A DNA stretch of 64,000 nt from Octopus vulgaris (taxonomy: Eukaryota). The notes under the pieces are model-generated. The model had not been told where the DNA came from. It was given only the letters and a program-made list of their open reading frames with translations, and ran no database searches. The stretch spans positions 29,140,001-29,204,000 of the forward strand of contig OX597833.1 in the NCBI GenBank assembly GCA_951406725.2, read 5' to 3'. This document shows positions 61,585 through 64,000 of this stretch, piece by piece (position 1 is the first letter of the stretch; each line of letters starts with the position of its first letter). Both the position numbers and the translations under genes were made by a program.

Positions 61585-63259
61585 TTAAAACAGTATTTTT
61601 AATTCCCTATCTGTTGCTTGTTTTACTGTGGTAGAATTTCAAGATAAAATTACTGGACAAAACAGAAAGGGGGTCAAAATAATTTCGAAATGTTGTCAGC
61701 AGGTGAATGCAATGAAAATGATTGTGAACTCTTATTTGAAGTGTTCAACAAAATCAAACTGCAAAACTTTTACCAAAAAGCTAGACTTAATCTGTTACTT
61801 GGTTTAACACCCTGATCTAACCACTAGTGGTCTTCACTCTGGGTTCAGCTTAATCACATAAACCCTTCCATATTTCTAGCCTTACACCTGCTGTATCATT
61901 CTTTTATGATAGCAGTGCTGTAGATGTTTTGCATGACACTATCATGTATCTCAACCTCATGGTCACAAGATGAAGGCTATTTAATGTGGTTACCTTTTCT
62001 GAGCCCAAAGAGTTTTTTTCTTATGTTTTGCTTGCAACTACAACTTTACTTATTCAGTTGATTCAGCCTTGGGGAGGTAAGGGACTGCATGTAACTACTG
62101 CTTTACTTTAATAAATACTTTGCTGTGGGACCACATAAATGGACTTGGCTCTGTGCCCAACAGTATAAATACAATCTATAATTTCTTATTAATGACATAA
62201 CAATGGCATCATCGATAGGATTTGGAAAATTAATGTTGTCTGATCCTGATTTGATTTATGTCTGATTAAGATGCTCTTCATGCAGTACCAATACAAAAAA
62301 GCTCAAGGACTCTGCTGATAGTAAAGAAACAACTTATCCCAGTGCATGACTTCAGTGGGGCCCTGGTTTGGGATTTCCAGGTTTTGAGGAGTGTGGAACC
62401 ACCTCTTAGCCACTTTTGTTCCTGTGTCTACACAGATCTGAAATAGTAGGGTCCCACATATGGACTAATTAGCATGTCACAGAATTGCCTCCAGAAAAAG
62501 GTCACTTACAGACACCCCAAAGGACCCAATGCAGATGAGGCTCTTTAGTTGCTCATCTATACAAATCCTGCTTCTTGATAACTACAGGACTCTTGTCACT
62601 TGTTGTACCAAACCAATACAAGTTTAAAGGATGAGAGAGTGGGGTTGGCTCTGCACAAACCATGCCAAGGCAGCAGAGGTCTATAGTAATAACCTCTTGT
62701 TGACTTCTAGGGTAATTAATTGAGCATTTAAAAACAGCAAAGTGAGTAAATCCCTACAGAAAATCTAGAGGGAGGGCAGATGTGTACAACTGTACTTAAC
62801 CAATATCTGGCATCCCCTGTGGTTCTATGGATGCTGCAAATATATTGACTTGTCTCTCCTTTGTAGTATATCCATGGATGGAGAGGTGGAAAGTATACTT
62901 GGAGCTAGAAACTTGCTTCTAAAAACAGCCCAGGCACAGCAGAAGTGGTTAAATTACTGCCTCTGCAATGTCAATGACCAGAATTCAAGAATATTAAGAG
63001 CCTATCTGATAGTGTATCTTAAAGTGTTGGAGGAAATGAACAGTGCAGACATAAAAGAAACAATAGTCTTTAATAAGAGACGGTTATGGTGAAAAAGCAC
63101 TCTTTCTGGCTCTGAAGCAAATATTATTAGAAACATTATATTAATATTATGAAAGATTGAAAGATACTGCCTATTTTTGTGAAATTGATAAGTAGGACAA
63201 TCTGCTGAAGACTACTTCTTGACAATTGCAACTAATTAATTGACTCTCAAACCCATTAA

Positions 63260-63690
63260 CATCATCATCATCATATAACATCCCTTTCTCTATGTTGGCA
63301 GGGGCAGGACAGTTTGACATGAACAGATGAATCAGAGGACTTTGTCAAGTTCTAACGTATGCTTTGGCATGGTTGCAACGGTTGGATGCCTTTCTTAATA
63401 CCAGCCACTTCACAGAGTGTACTGAGTGCTTTTTATGTGGCACAGGCACAGATGCTATTACGTGGTGCCAGTACAAGTACTTGTTATGTGGCACTGACGC
63501 AGGGCTCTTGCAGGCTAATCATCTTCAACAGGGATGTGGCATTAACAGTTCTATTGTGGAGGACAGGTCATCTTGAGTACAACAAGGTGCCAGATATCTT
63601 AGTCCTTTGTCATTTCCTCCATAAGGTTCAGTGTCCTGAGGTCATCCTTCAGTACTTCATCCCATGTCTTCCTGGGTTTCCCTCTGCTAT
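63260..63690 (-). mobile_element. Short RTE 3' relic
   Basis: (CAT)n tail, ggatgcctttcttaataccagccact, degenerate gtgctttttatgtggcac modules, and cttcatcccatgtcttcctggg. Confidence 0.7.
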
Positions 63691-63699
63691 GAGTTCCAT

Positions 63700-64000
63700 C
63701 CAGAAAATGCCTCTTGGATTGTTGTTTGGATACACCTGTCATACACAAAAACAACAAGTGTTACATATTTCAATGTGGAAAATTTATCAAAAGATTTCAC
63801 AGGCAAAATAATTTACCAAAAGAACATTTACATTGGCGGTCACATCACTGCTGACTTGAAGCAGAAAGGGAAAGCAGTTCTACAAGAACACACCTGCCAT
63901 GCTGTGGCTATCAATGCAAAGAAGAATGTCTTTCATGTTGGAGAATTGACATTCCTTGGCCACAAGATTTCTTAACATGGTATTCAGCCAGATAATATAT
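63700..64000 (+). mobile_element. Decayed Gypsy-type LTR retrotransposon RT fragment, running off the window
   Basis: KMPLGL, then GKIIYQKNIYIGG (decayed YxDD) and INAKKNVFHVGELTFLGHKIS*HGIQPD. Confidence 0.75.

Noticed and set aside
62850-63092. 80-aa ORF as a gene
   Set aside because: Non-ATG start, no recognisable domain and no convincing splice sites.

Overview
Eukaryotic, AT-rich, repeat-dense animal DNA. The SINE, RTE and microsatellite content resembles an octopus or other cephalopod (inference; no search was run). Two host genes are supportable. (1) The last two coding exons of capicua (cic), 1426-1569 and 3822-4663 on +, splice in frame to rebuild the C1 motif and are followed by a long low-complexity tail and 3'UTR. 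(2) A single-exon EF-hand-pair ORF at 35872-36291 on +, with a poly(A) signal and a candidate upstream promoter and non-coding exon. The rest is mostly transposons: an uninterrupted 1078-aa RTE LINE with a PHD-like finger inside its RT, several truncated RTE copies, a non-autonomous RTE derivative carrying a VNTR, relics of Tx1, R4/Dong, RTE-X, BovB-like, mariner and Gypsy elements, a full-length but decayed Tc1 element, MITEs, tRNA-derived SINEs, and a Penelope-like inverted repeat with a minimal hammerhead-ribozyme motif that is split by an RTE insertion. There is no rRNA, bona fide tRNA or CRISPR array. All identifications were made by eye and from remembered family motifs, and boundaries of old elements are approximate. 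I found no clear-cut new biological system; the best candidates concern RTE architecture.
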